Notes: generated from the sequence alone by a model not told the origin. Counted from the stretch's first letter, positions 23,883 through 36,117 are shown. The stretch: 64,000 nt of DNA from Octopus sinensis (GCF_006345805.1 NC_042997.1:154194001-154258000), one strand, 5' to 3'. A program made the numbers and translations.

Positions 23883-25465
23883 ACAATGAGGCCTTCAGCA
23901 CCATACTACAAAGCACAGCCCTACTAAAGGGAGACCCAAAGATGAACCGGATCCTCGAAACACACACCATCATTAAAAGTAAACGGCAACCAAAATCCTT
24001 GAAAAGGATTTTAACCCAAGCTAAACTGCACTCAACATCAACCACAAAACCAGCAGTTAGAAAATGTGGAAGGCCCAACTGCGGAATCTGTGTCATCTTG
24101 ATAGAAGGTTCAGAATTTATACTAGAACAAGGCCATCAGTTCACCATTAGAGCAAACTTCACCTGCGCATCAGAAAACTTAATTTACGTCTTAGCATGCG
24201 CAGGCTGCAATAGGCAGTATATAGGCCATACAAAAAATAGCTTACGTAACAGGATGGCGGTGCATAAATCACAAATTAGAAACCCTGAATATCGGAAAAT
24301 ACCGGTCAGCGGACACATAGATAGATGTGCTGGAAATGTAAATCCGAAATTTACAACTTACCCGCTTTATAAATTCAGTGACAGCGTAACCTTCACGCAA
24401 CGCCAAAATAAAGAACTGTATTTCATCAAAAAATTTAGACCAAGTTTGAACACCCTGGGCCAGGAATATTAAAACAAAACATTGGTCCTCCGAAAAGGAG
24501 AAGCGAAATTCTACCACGGCCGCTGCCTTAAACAGTCACTCACACTTACAGAGATATGTCTTAGGGAAAGGGAAAAAAATTATAAAAAGATCTCTACGAG
24601 CAGATCTAATCCTGATTCGTCAAGAAACTGATGACGTATTACCTCAGTGGGCAAGCTATTGTCACCCTGCTTGGTCGGTTTCCACACACGATACAGCTAA
24701 GGGTCAGACCCGATTCTGATTGGTTAAAACATTGATGACGTCTCGTTCTGCTGGACTAGCCACCTAACAGGATACAGTCATGGGTCAGATCTAATACAGC
24801 TATAGGTCAGACCCGATTCTGATTGGTCAAAACATTGATGACGTCTCGTTCTGCTGGACTAGCCACCTAACGGGATGATTGGTCAAAACATTGATGACGT
24901 CTCTTTCCGCTTGACTAGCCACCTAACAGGATACAGTCATGGATCAGATCTAATTTCAATCCGTCAAAAACAAGGATGACGTATTTCTTCCGTGGCCAAA
25001 CTGTCGTTCTGCTTGGTTGGTTTCCTAACAGGATATATTCGTTGAGACTGAGTTTTGATTGGTTGGGAACTATATGACGTCAGTGAAAAATGCAAGTGAG
25101 ACAGCTAAGCTGAGCTGATATAAACCAAATTCACCAAAACTATACGAACAGACACCAACCAAAAATCATTACAGTTGCTCCCATTGGAACACAAGGTAAA
25201 ATCTAAAATGAATTCCTCGCTTTTTCAAGAACATGAATCTTTTATATTTGACTCTATTGAATGCATATCACCACTATGAACTACTACATCATACTCTTTA
25301 AACATATAGCATGGACTCGCTTTACTATATATGAATTTTTTATGTTTGACTCTATTGAATATTATGTATGAAATTTTTTATATTTGATAGCATGAACTAT
25401 CTTTTTTATATATAATTTTTTTTGATAAGGTTCGTCATTTCAAGAACCGAAACATGTTAAATAAA
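23880..25465 (+). mobile_element. Penelope-like element 3' part: GIY-YIG endonuclease plus pseudo-LTR region
   Basis: ORF 23942-24472 CGRPNCGIC...NLIYVLAC..C..QYIG...RMAVHKSQI...KELYFIKKFRPSLN; downstream repeat-rich region ends in a hammerhead-like motif. Confidence 0.85.
25416..25465 (+). ncRNA. Minimal type I hammerhead-like motif, U3:A8 core, weak stem I
   Basis: TTGATAA (25422-8) GGTTC-loop-GAACC GAAA CATG TT; palindromic stem III ACATGT. Confidence 0.5.
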
Positions 25466-25662
25466 TAATGTATATATAAAAATTAAAATTTGTCTAATAT
25501 AGCAGCATTTTCAAACTTCAATTTTTACAAATATATACCCACTCGTATACGAGCTAATCTTATTATAAATATATATATATATATATATATCTGAAACAAG
25601 TAAAAGAGTAAAAGAGTATATATCAAATGAAATAAAATGAAAAACAGGACACAAAGGATGTC

Positions 25663-25755
25663 GCGGTACACATGTTTCGAGCTTTATAGAACAACTTATT
25701 CTTACATCAATGCGTAATCGACATAACAGATAGTTCAAAAACCCTCTTCAGCCGC
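25663..25755 (-). ncRNA. Type I hammerhead ribozyme, intact catalytic core
   Basis: GCGG CTGAAGA GGGTTTT..(long stem II)..AAAGCTC GAAA CATGTG TA CCGC; stem I GCGG/CCGC, GUA cleavage triplet. Confidence 0.7.
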
Positions 25756-25842
25756 ATGCAATTGCTACACCAAAGACTTGTATCACATTATGAAGGGTTT
25801 GAGAAAGGTTTGTGATACAATTCTTTGGTGTAGCAATTGCAT

Positions 25843-25935
25843 GCGGCTGAAGAGGGCTTTTGAACTATCTGTTATGTCGATTACGCATTGATGTAAGAAT
25901 AAGTTGTTCTATAAAGCTCGGAACATATGTACCGC
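25843..25935 (+). ncRNA. Type I hammerhead ribozyme copy with A13G core mutation
   Basis: GCGG CTGAAGA GGGCTTT...AAAGCTC GGAA CATATG TA CCGC; palindromic stem III ACATATGT. Confidence 0.6.
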
Positions 25936-26099
25936 GACATCCTTTGTGTCCTGTTTTTCATTTTATTTCATTTGATACATATATCCTCTCACCTATGCTA
26001 CTAGCTGGCATATACAGGTGCTTACATTTATCAAGTATTCACTCTGAATTTATATATATATATATATATATATATAGCTAGCTAGATAGATAGATAGAC

Positions 26100-26193
26100 A
26101 GGCAGTCAGACAGACAGACAGACAGACATATATATATATATATATAGATAGATAGATAGATAGATAGATAGAGAGATAGATAGATAGATAGAC

Positions 26194-26258
<65 letters not shown>
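26100..26258. repeat. (CAGA)n/(TA)n/(TAGA)n compound microsatellite
   Basis: Direct reading. Confidence 0.95.
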
Positions 26259-26259
<1 letters not shown>

Positions 26260-26649
26260 ATGGAGTTAAACAAAGTTGTTATTCAAATATTTTTACTTCT
26301 GACATATATTTCGAAGTAAACATTGGTATTATTCCAGAAGGAATAAAACTATGTAAAACAATGCAATCTTCTCATCAGGGAATGAAAGAAACCCAACACA
26401 TCAATAAGACATTTTCACAGAATGTGATGACTGCGTATATGATGAAGGGAACTCTATCAATTTAAACAAAAACTTAGTATATACATAATTTTTTACAACT
26501 ATAAATAAGTTGTGTCTTATTTATAGTTGTAAAAAAATTATTACCTTTGTATGGTATTTATTCCCATGCTGGCCACTTGATAATATCGATATTATCCTTA
26601 TTTATATATATATATAATATTATATATATATTATATATTTATATATATG

Positions 26650-26870
26650 TATGTATATATTTATGTGTCTGTGTTTGTCCACCACCATCACTTGACCACC
26701 GATGTCAGTATGTTTACGTCCCCGTAACCTAGCGGTTCGGCAAATGAAACCGATAGAATAAGTACTAGGCTTACAAAAAGTAAGTTCTGGGGACGATTTG
26801 TTCGACTAAAGGCGGTGCTTCAGCTTGCCCACAGTCAAAATGACTGAAACGAGTATAAGAATAAATGAAT
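26650..26870 (+). mobile_element. Octopus-type SINE 3' part
   Basis: cctagcggttcggcaaatgaaaccgatagaataagtactaggc. Confidence 0.8.
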
Positions 26871-26894
26871 AAAAATCCATAATATACTAACCAT

Positions 26895-27560
26895 AAGCAG
26901 CATACCTCCACATGTGCTTCCCGCCGACTTTGTTGCCTCATAACTTCCAGAAAAATATGTTTTTGTATGAAATCTTCAACAAATACGCTTCAGATGATGT
27001 AGATTTCGATTATATCAGAATTTATTGTAAAAAAAAAAAACATTTTCGTAGGTTGGAAGAGGAATCTCGGAAAATTCACACAAGTCCACTGTTTTTCCTC
27101 ATAACTTTTAGAAAAATAGGTACTTCTTAATGAAATTCTATTCAAATGCCTTTCAGAGTGTTTAGATTGCGGTTTTATAGGAATTTAATATGAAATACAA
27201 AATTGGTGGCCTCATACACGTACATAATAACAAACTTCATATTGACATAATGACAAACCTCATAACTGGAAATTTGGAAAGAAATTTTCTTTTTCATATT
27301 AACTTTAGGCATTTGCAGAAGATTTTCTTTAAAAATATTCATTTTTCCGAAGGTTATGAGGAAACAGATCGACTCGGGAGAAGTTTCCGAAACTCCTACT
27401 CCAACCTTAGAACTATATCTTGAGCACAAGTTCTAATATAATCTACGTCTTCTGAAGCGTATTTGTAGCACATTTCATTGAAAAATATCTATTTTTCTGG
27501 AAGTTATAAAACAAACAAATTCGGTGGGTACGAATGTGGAAGTATGACTCATAAGCTACA
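26895..27560. mobile_element. Degenerate MITE-like element with ~100-130-bp inverted arms
   Basis: aacttccagaaaaatatg...tacgcttcagatgatgtagatt is inverted at 27431-27507; recurring ctcataac(t/c)tt motif. Confidence 0.5.
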
Positions 27561-27717
27561 AAATTATAGTTGATGCTTTTGTTGCAGTTGTCTACAGTGT
27601 TGCTGTTGTCATTGTAGTTTGTTTAGTACATGACAGCTATGATAACCCTCACATCACCCAGATATGATCGCAATTAAAAAACTGAATCAGATTAAAAAAA
27701 AAGAATTACTATCATAT

Positions 27718-28826
27718 TGTTACGGGACCCCCGAAAGTTGCTACGGAATCCCACCTGCCGTCGCTCGAAATCGAACCCGGGATCCCGACAAGTCGAGCGA
27801 CGACGATTGACCAGGCCCGATCGATCGGAAAGAGTTCGCCACGGAACACAGAGAGGAGAGAGACAACAACAACAACAACAACAACAGCAGGAAGAGACAC
27901 AGAGGCACAAAGAAATACAGCGGAAGGCAATCGGCTTACATTTAACCTACTAGTTTATAACACTTTATAATTGTTACAGCATCAAATACATTTAGATACA
28001 TATCAGGTACATCAAAGACGAAATACATGCAAGAAACAACACATCAAAGCAATATAACAACAGCATTTAAAGAAAACAACAAATCAATACAGGTATACAA
28101 CAGATCACAGCATTCGGGTACAATAACGGTTCAGATTGATGCAATATACAGTCCGGAGACAACAGTTCTGTTTCAAATCACATTAACGTTACAGTTCAGA
28201 GGACAATTAACACATATACGTTCAATGTTCATTAAATTCTTTTCAACAACTCTGTACACAATGTCTTTACACAGTTCTCTTTAGCCTTTTCTTTATAACC
28301 ATCAACAACATAAACAATGTTCATTTCTTTTACATTTCAATACATCGATTCTTTTTCTTTCTTTTTCTTCACATATCAAAACATACAATTAACACATACC
28401 GTTACATCAGCCAATGCCTCACATTGTAGTCTATCTCTATTAGCTGCCTAATCCTCTGTATATCTCTCTCTGTCACAGCAGAACAAACCATTACTAACTC
28501 GCTGTACAATCCCAACTGTTCACTCTCTCATGACTGTCTTCCTGTCATCTCTCAGTACACTGTCACCAGCAGAACAGCCACTGCTAAATCCAAACTGCTA
28601 ACTGCTTGCCCTGAATCCCAAATGCCGACTGCCTTTACAGCTCAGACTTCCTCCCTTTTAAGGGGTGTTTACAACGAACTTTCCCTGACTGGCACAAATC
28701 CCAAATGTCCCCTAAAAGCTCATTACCCTTTCTAAAACAAAGGACTATAACTTTGCATTGTAGACTTTCAGTCTCCAAGCCAAGCAAAGTAGGTCGCCAG
28801 CTCTGTCCTTAAGTTGAACCACAACA
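27718..28826. mobile_element. Solo LTR (1109 bp)
   Basis: TGTT...AACA termini, 4-bp TSD ATAT (27714-7 / 28827-30), strong strand-composition bias, no coding content. Confidence 0.7.
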
Positions 28827-29741
28827 ATATTATACAATATGCTGTTTCTCTTTTTAAAAACTGTAATGTATGATCGGAAAAAATATAGGCTGTTTTTGCA
28901 AGCAAGTCACGCGACCTCATCTCGTTGATGTACCTTCATGTAGTCTTGCTATTCTGATGTCGAGTATTCCGATGAACATAGGACTAGTAAGCTATGATTA
29001 CCTAACGTAGACTATGAGTTACTCAATAGCCATAATGTGACAATACCCCATATAATATACATATACAAGCTATGATAGTTGTTTAACTTCTTGGTTAATA
29101 CTGATCGAGCAGTCCCATGAATACACACACACACACACATACATACACACACACATACATACACACACACATACATACACACATGCATGCACACCTATGC
29201 ATATACACACAGACAGACACACATATGCATGTTTGTATGCACACCTATATGTATGTATATGTGAGCGTGTTTCACTGTATACGAAGTGTACATTTGTGCG
29301 CGCGCGTGCTTTTCTTCTCGATAGAGTTTCATGTTAATGTTTCCGAGGACATCTTTTTGTCTTACCTGAAACTGAAGTTATCCGTCTGTTTTGTTTTTGA
29401 CTTTAGCCATATGTTTATATCTTATTTTTTAATTTTTTTTTTCTTCTGTAGGAAGGGTAACAATGAGAGCAGTAATGTTCTCTAGGCCACAATGGGTGAA
29501 TGCTTATTGCTAAAACTATGAATAACTATGTAGTTTTCATGTCTTTTTGACTCTCCCTTAGTATTCGAAAATGTAAACATCCTTTTCATTGAAAAAGTGC
29601 TACTGTATTCGCCAACTGGACAGACAAACGAACATCGCAAGAAAACTTTAAAACTTTAATATAATACCCAAATACATAAACACGCCTTTTATTGCAACAA
29701 CACTATTGAATTCAGAAATTCAAAAATTCAACGACGTGAAT

Positions 29742-29789
<48 letters not shown>

Positions 29790-29935
29790 TGAGAAAGTTG
29801 GTGCGCAAAGCAACTACTACCACAATTTTTAATCTTTCCATTCTACCAATGTGCTATCGGAACACCAACACAAATTAGACTAAACAAGGAAACATTCTTC
29901 ATTGAAAAATACAAGCCCAAACTTAACCATTCCAA
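29790..29935 (+). mobile_element. Penelope-like GIY-YIG C-terminal remnant
   Basis: SILPMCY...NKETFFIEKYKPKLN, like the end of ORF 23942-24472. Confidence 0.55.
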
Positions 29936-30226
29936 CATACTTATACAGAGAAACTCAGTCCAAAAGAAAGGCAAATAATTTTAAGCGATTATCTCCCTTG
30001 CACCGGAAGAAATCACTTATTACCTCCCCTTATCTAAATCTCCGCTCAACGTAAACATAACGATTTAAGAAATTTGAAAAGCTGAACGCGAAACCGGTCA
30101 TTTCTTCTAAACTATGTCATTGTATGAAAAAAATTTATAACATTCTTCAGACATATTGACTCAAATATATATTTTTTTAACCTTTTAAAACAAGCCTTCT
30201 GTAGTTCTTTTCACTTTTTACTATTT

Positions 30227-30297
<71 letters not shown>

Positions 30298-30302
30298 GTA
30301 TG

Positions 30303-30334
<32 letters not shown>

Positions 30335-30380
30335 TGTATGTATGTATGTATATATATATATATGTGTGTGTGTGTATGTA

Positions 30381-30434
<54 letters not shown>

Positions 30435-30703
30435 CGTGTGTGTGTGTATATATTATTATTGTTTTTGTTTCTTCAACTAGTAATTACAAAAAGATCCGGT
30501 TGAATTTCTTCTTTTCAAGGCAGCGCTCTGAACGGCCACTGGTAGTGGTAAACACATTTGACCTCTGCTGACCCAAATACGCGAAGATTCTTTTGTCTCT
30601 ATGACTGACCTCTCCGCCATCTGCCGAATCTGTTTATAGACCTGCAGAATATGAAACCGTAATCTCCTTTAGAGAGACTTAGTAATTTTAATATTTCTAA
30701 TAT

Positions 30704-31021
30704 TGAAAACAAGTGGATGTATTCCACTGAAACTAGGTAAATAAAGCCTTCGAATTGGGACGATCAGTAGCGACACCTGCAATTCTGACTACGCTGCATT
30801 GATAAGGGGCAACAACCCTGAAACATGTCTGTAGCTGTCTGACTGGTAGGATGAAGCGGCTGACCTCCCTTGTTCGAAGGTTTGTAATGGACGCAGGTTC
30901 GTGTGTCAAATAGCTAGCTTGAGGCGGTGGCCTCTTGGAGCTAATCAGCGACAGCTTTAGTCTTATATTTATAAGACTGCCATATTAGTATGGCGATAAC
31001 TATTAATTTCCAGTAACGCTG
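30704..31021 (+). mobile_element. 318-bp non-coding hammerhead-bearing insertion flanked by 47-bp direct repeats
   Basis: DRs 30657-30703 and 31022-31068 (1 mismatch); 30862-31011 is homologous to 59226-59375 and 59463-59593. Confidence 0.7.
30793..30835 (+). ncRNA. Minimal type I hammerhead ribozyme, U3:A8 core variant, GUC site
   Basis: GCTGCA TTGATAA GGGG-CAACAA-CCCT GAAA CATG TC TGTAGC; 6-bp stem I, 4-bp stem II, palindromic ACATGT stem III. Confidence 0.7.
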
Positions 31022-31089
31022 CCGTAATCTCCTTTAGAGACACTTAGTAATTTTAATATTTCTAATATATATATGTATGTATATAATCA

Positions 31090-31712
31090 AATATAATCAA
31101 AATAAGCAACAAGGTAATGCAGTACGATCGTTTCATGCAACTCCATTTAATTGAACAATACAATCATTACATAAATTTAAAATGTAGAGCAATCTTCTGC
31201 TGCACAAAGACATAGAATTTAATTAAATTAGAACAGATGAACACATTAGTATAAGTATACCTAAAATCTTCAAGATGTTAAAAAGATAGACAAAGAACAT
31301 GTATCTACTTCAGCATAGAAGTTACTAAAATTATCAAGAAGTCTCTGCCTGCAACTGATTTTTGTCTTTATGAGGTCATTTTTAATTTATAGATTAGTTT
31401 ATCAAATCCCTTGTATATATAAGGCTGAGAAAACAGAGAACAGTATCTGTTAGGGGTAGGGCTGAGGGAAAAGACATACATTCTAGTTGTTATAGTCATA
31501 AAAAATGTTCTTTGTCCTTAATTTCTTGTAGATTTTAGATATAATTATACTAATGTGTCCATCCGTTCTAATTTAATTAAATTCCATGTCTTTGTGCAGC
31601 AGAAGATTGCTCTACATTTGAAATTGATGTAATGATTGCATTGTTCAATTAAATGGAGTTACATGAAACGATCGTACTGCATTACATCTGGATATCTTTG
31701 TTGCTTATTTTA
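31090..31712. mobile_element. MITE/fold-back element with ~180-bp inverted arms
   Basis: 31090-31275 is inverted at 31525-31712; a related copy lies at ~58960-59095. Confidence 0.75.
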
Positions 31713-32237
31713 ATTTTAATCACATTACTTTGAAATTGTATGGATAATTGGATAATACCGTACTAAATTCTGGTACCTTGACTTAAGTACCATATTCATC
31801 TGAATGCATACATACATACATACATACATACATACATACATACATACATACATACATACATACATACATACATGCATGCATACATACATATAATAAACAT
31901 TATTAATCTTAACAACCACCAAAATTCGATTTCTATTTTCAGAATAGCAGTGCGAAATGTTTGTTACAGACATTGCAGGCTTCAATGCAATTTGTTTTAT
32001 ATCGCAGAATGAGGGGTTAAGTTATAGTTATTATTGACTTCTTGCGTTTTATAGCAGATAAATTAAGCACGGCCACAGATATATGGAACTCGTTTGTGAA
32101 CGTGCCAAATGATAAAGTTTAATGAAAAAAATTGTTTAATTTCAAAATTTCAGTCGTTTTTTTTCTTGTCATAAATCAACAACAATGATCTTTATCTAAG
32201 AAATAGATATGAAATGAGAATATATTGTACAACTAAC

Positions 32238-32376
32238 CTGATATATTTCAGATAGTTAATAAATTTTTGAAAACAAAATGGTAAGATGATTATCGTAATA
32301 ATTACTGTTGTAAACTCTCTTTGTGCATACCATACATGATGATTGCAGTAAAAGTTATGGTTGATGAAAATGGTAA
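32238..32376 (-). CDS. SLC38A7: SLC38A7-like copy C, exon 4
   Basis: AG/GT bounded, 139 bp, phase 1 to 2; VWYAQREFTTVIITIIILPFCFQKFINYLKYIS resembles SLC38A7 WYTDRKFT...FILPLSIPREIGFQKYAS. Confidence 0.8.
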
Positions 32377-32581
32377 CTGAAACAAAACAAAAGGAAAGTC
32401 TTTAAAGAAAGGTAAGTTGGTTAAACATGACATTATCGACCTGAAAGGATGAAAGGCAAAATCGACCTCTACGCAATTTGAACTCAGGACGTCAAGGAAG
32501 GGAAGAAATGTCGCTATGCATTTTGTCCAACACGCAAATAAGTCAGCCAACTCGCCGATGTAAACTATAATTTTTACTTAC

Positions 32582-32780
32582 ATTCTTCTATTTGGTCACC
32601 AATCAATACCATTAAACTGGTGCAGTAAAAATATAAACTAAGAAAGATAATTACAGATGACAACGCACGACCTTTCTCTCCATAGAAATCAAACATAATA
32701 TCTTGATAACTTGATCTTTGGGTTTTATCTGAGGCATATGCTACAATTAACATTGAAATGAACGAAAGAACACCGAGAAT
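32582..32780 (-). CDS. SLC38A7: SLC38A7-like copy C, exon 3
   Basis: 199 bp, phase 0 to 1; LIVAYASDKTQRSSYQDIMFDFYG...LIGDQIEE resembles LAYCSQASNERTYQEVV...IIGDQQDK. Confidence 0.85.
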
Positions 32781-33445
32781 CTGAAATGAAATGATAAAAG
32801 GAAAATACGTATTTAAAAACATAGAGATGTGATATTCTTTTATTTCAACATTCATCATCTTTAAACTCGTAAGTTCGTTATCTTCAACCACGTAATCTGC
32901 ATTATCATATCTGCATTATATTCCGTGCAATGTGAGAAATTGATATCAGAATAAGATAATATCTAAGTATTTGTTTGGGTCAAATATCTATAGACATTGA
33001 AGTTATTTAGCAGAGAAACATTTTAAAGTTTACTATATATATTTAGATACAGTAAAAATGATTTTAGAAATAACTGCCTCAAACTACAACGGAGCAGGCT
33101 CTATGTGGTTACGCGACCTTATTAGAAAAGTAGCTTAGTCTTCACTTAATCATATTCTACCAAATAAAATAAGGAAATAATATTTATGTGTATTAATACC
33201 AAAGGATGAAATATAAATTGAACTTGGCGATCAAATATTTTGATCGTCCGTTTTCAGCTGCATTTCTGCACCACAAATGCATGAATAAAATACACAAACA
33301 GCTCATTGATATGAAATACAGGGTGGGTGTCTCATAATGATGGGACACATTTTGAACGCAAGTAAATAGAACTGGAACAAGCTCAGATATTAAGGAAAGT
33401 GTATAATAGTAGATCACTTATATGTGCCCCATTATTATAAGACCT

Positions 33446-36117
33446 TGTAAAGAACTTAGTGTGAATATCTTCTCTGGACCTTTTGGGGGTGCGAGAAGCA
33501 ATCACTTTCCGTTGCTTTAATAATCCAGATTCTCTACCAGTCAGAAACAACAAGACGCAGACCTAAAAGATATATATACTACTTTATTCTCTAATGTGGT
33601 AACAGTAACAATAAGTGGTTATCTGGTATCCCTTTGATATAAATGTGTCAGTGCTGAACCTTATCGCTGTAAAATAAGAAAGTGTTCAAATGCAAAACGA
33701 CACTGGTCAAAGATGGCGTCCGGAACAGGGAGAAGATGTGGTCTGCAACAATTTGGGTAAAGCTGCTGCTAGAATCAAGTTCGGACAGAGAAAAAATATA
33801 CGTGACCGTCGCCTTCAGTCACTGCTGTCTCAAGTCGCTGCTTGCTGGATGCTGGTGGTCAACGTCTTACGATCCCCTTGCCTCGGCTAACTGCTACGTA
33901 GGCAAAAGGGTTCTTCTTCCGGTGGTGAAAGCACCAACCCCGCACGCGCGAAATACAAATGGACGGTGCGCGAGCGCGCGCCGTTGTATAGGATCACTAC
34001 AGAGCTCCACCCCAGTGCGTAAGCACGACACAAAATTCCCTGTAGTGACTATAAAACTCAAGGTGGATACCAGATAACCAAATAGCACAATATAATAAAA
34101 TGGCAAAATTTACATCATACACAAGAAATTTACTAAAGGAAAAAATACTCAAAATGAGCAAAATTCAAAAGTGCATGCATGAAAGTGGATACGTCACAAA
34201 GTATAGAGCCTTCCGCTGTAGGGAGCGGGAGGAAAGCAAACTCACAGTTAATGAACCTAGGCGAAATTAAATCCAACTTCTCTAAAGGTAGTTGATCCTG
34301 CAAAATAGCAGTTAAATCAATTGCTGCAAGAGAGGAAATGGAATTGACAGATAGATCGCTAGTAACACAAAAGCAAAAGTGCAAGCATGCTGGTGTGATG
34401 CGCGACACAGATAACTTTCTCTGTTAATTACGTGACCAACAGGAGTCTAACAGGGAAAAAATTACGCCTATACATGGCGCAGCGCATGTGAACATCCGAC
34501 ATTCTATGAGTCGGGAAAAGAATTAAGCTAACGCAAACGTGTTGCAAAAACAAGGCAATACACGTGCGAAGCAAAGGCGCATGAAATGCAATAGAGCTTG
34601 CCAGACCGAAAAACAGCAATGAATATGCCAGTGGTTGAGCGATTATATGCCTCGTTCGTACAGGAACAAAGGTATGGCATGCCGGCGCGTTATAATGGAC
34701 AAACAACCCTCTCTATGTATACGTGACCCCCTAGGGTCTATAGAAATGAGGTGTGTCCACAAAAGGCATATTTAGCATGGAAAAAACAAGCGAGAAAAGC
34801 ATGTGTGACGTATGTATGTGAGAGAGATAGCATTTATGTGTGTGTACGTGTGTGCGACAGAAATACATACAAGGTGAATGCAAGCAAAATAAAAATAAAT
34901 AAAAATACAGCGCATAGGAAAAATGTCTCTCATGGCTATTTCAGACAATGGAGTTAATTTACCAGTCTGTAATAGCCTGATGCACAATAGCAGTTCGTTC
35001 TGTAACAGAATGTTGAGATCACAAATGCAGATGCCGATTGAATACATATCGTGTAGCGGTTGTGGCTTCAATGCTGTGACAGGTTAACTGGAACAGAAGA
35101 ATCTCGTAGATAGTGCTGGGCTGTTAATTCCTTGGCGCGCTATGCACGAACAGCATGTACGCTAAAGTTCCGCGAGTTGCTATGTACATCTTGTGGAGGT
35201 CGACGGTGTTGAAAGGCGACGGTGGTGGTGGAAGGCGACTGTAGTGGACTTGAGACAACATTGTTCTTAGTGGTGATGGCGACGAAGATAACGACGACGT
35301 GAAGTTCTAAGACGACGATGATGATGACGAAGGCAGAGAAAAAACATCGATGATATGATGGCGTCCGTCATCATTGTTGAAGAATAAGTAAGAGGCTCCT
35401 TCTATAACTGTTTGTGGTGACAGGAAACAAATCGTCGAAAGATGAATGCGTAGAGTTAAATCGTGTTCCGACTTCGCAGAAAAACTGGATTTCTTTGTTG
35501 TTAAGTGATCTCTGGTTTTAGACCAGAATCACGTCGGGGGTCACCAGTGTAAAGAACTTAGTGTGAATATCTTCTCTGGACCTTTTGGGGGTGCGAGAAG
35601 CAATCACTTTCCGTTGCTTTAATAATCCAGATTCTCTACCAGTCAGAAACAACAAGACGCAGACCTAAAAGATATATATACTACTTTATTCTCTAATGTG
35701 GTAACAGTAACAATAAGTGGTTATCTGGTATCCCTTTGATATAAATGTGTCAGTGCTGAACCTTATCGCTGTAAAATAAGAAAGTGTTCAAATGCAAAAC
35801 GACACTGGTCAAAGATGGCGTCCGGAACAGGGAGAAGATGTGGTCTGCAACAATTTGGTTAAAGGCCTTTTGGTAAAGCTGCTGCTAGAATCAAGTTCGG
35901 ACAGAGAAAAAATATACGTGACCGTCGCCTTCAGTCGCTGCTGTCTCAAGTCGCTGCTTGCTAGACGCTGGTGGTCAACGTCTTACGATCCCCTTGCCTC
36001 GGCTAACTGCTACGTAGGCAAAAGGGTTCTTCTTCCGGTGGTGAAAGCACCAACCCCGCACGCGCGAAATACAAATGGACGGTGCGCGAGCGCGCGCCGT
36101 TGTATAGGATCACTACA
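33446..36117 (-). mobile_element. Non-autonomous, internally deleted Ty3/Gypsy LTR element (2672 bp)
   Basis: LTRs 33446-34001 and 35548-36117 (TG...CA), TSD ACCT, tRNA-Trp PBS at 35527-35546, pol scraps at 34140-34400 matching the neighbouring full element. Confidence 0.9.
35527..35546 (-). promoter_or_regulatory. Primer binding site, tRNA-Trp
   Basis: + strand aatcacgtcgggggtcacca matches the eukaryotic tRNA-Trp 3' end (one extra G), adjacent to the LTR. Confidence 0.85.

Larger units (their letters stand above)
25617..25978. repeat. Near-perfect fold-back inverted repeat (~170-bp arms, 23-nt spacer)
   Basis: ORFs 25511- and 25860+ are near identical; spacer 25788-25810. Confidence 0.95.

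Noticed and set aside
24625-24900. CTGATGA/TTGATGAC motifs as hammerheads
   Set aside because: No GAAA or stems at suitable spacing; better explained as CRE-like motifs.
27580-27683. Candidate for the missing exon 5 of copy C (cag|T FLIAIISG*)
   Set aside because: Early stop, no ICFGFQ-like end and no donor; not supportable.
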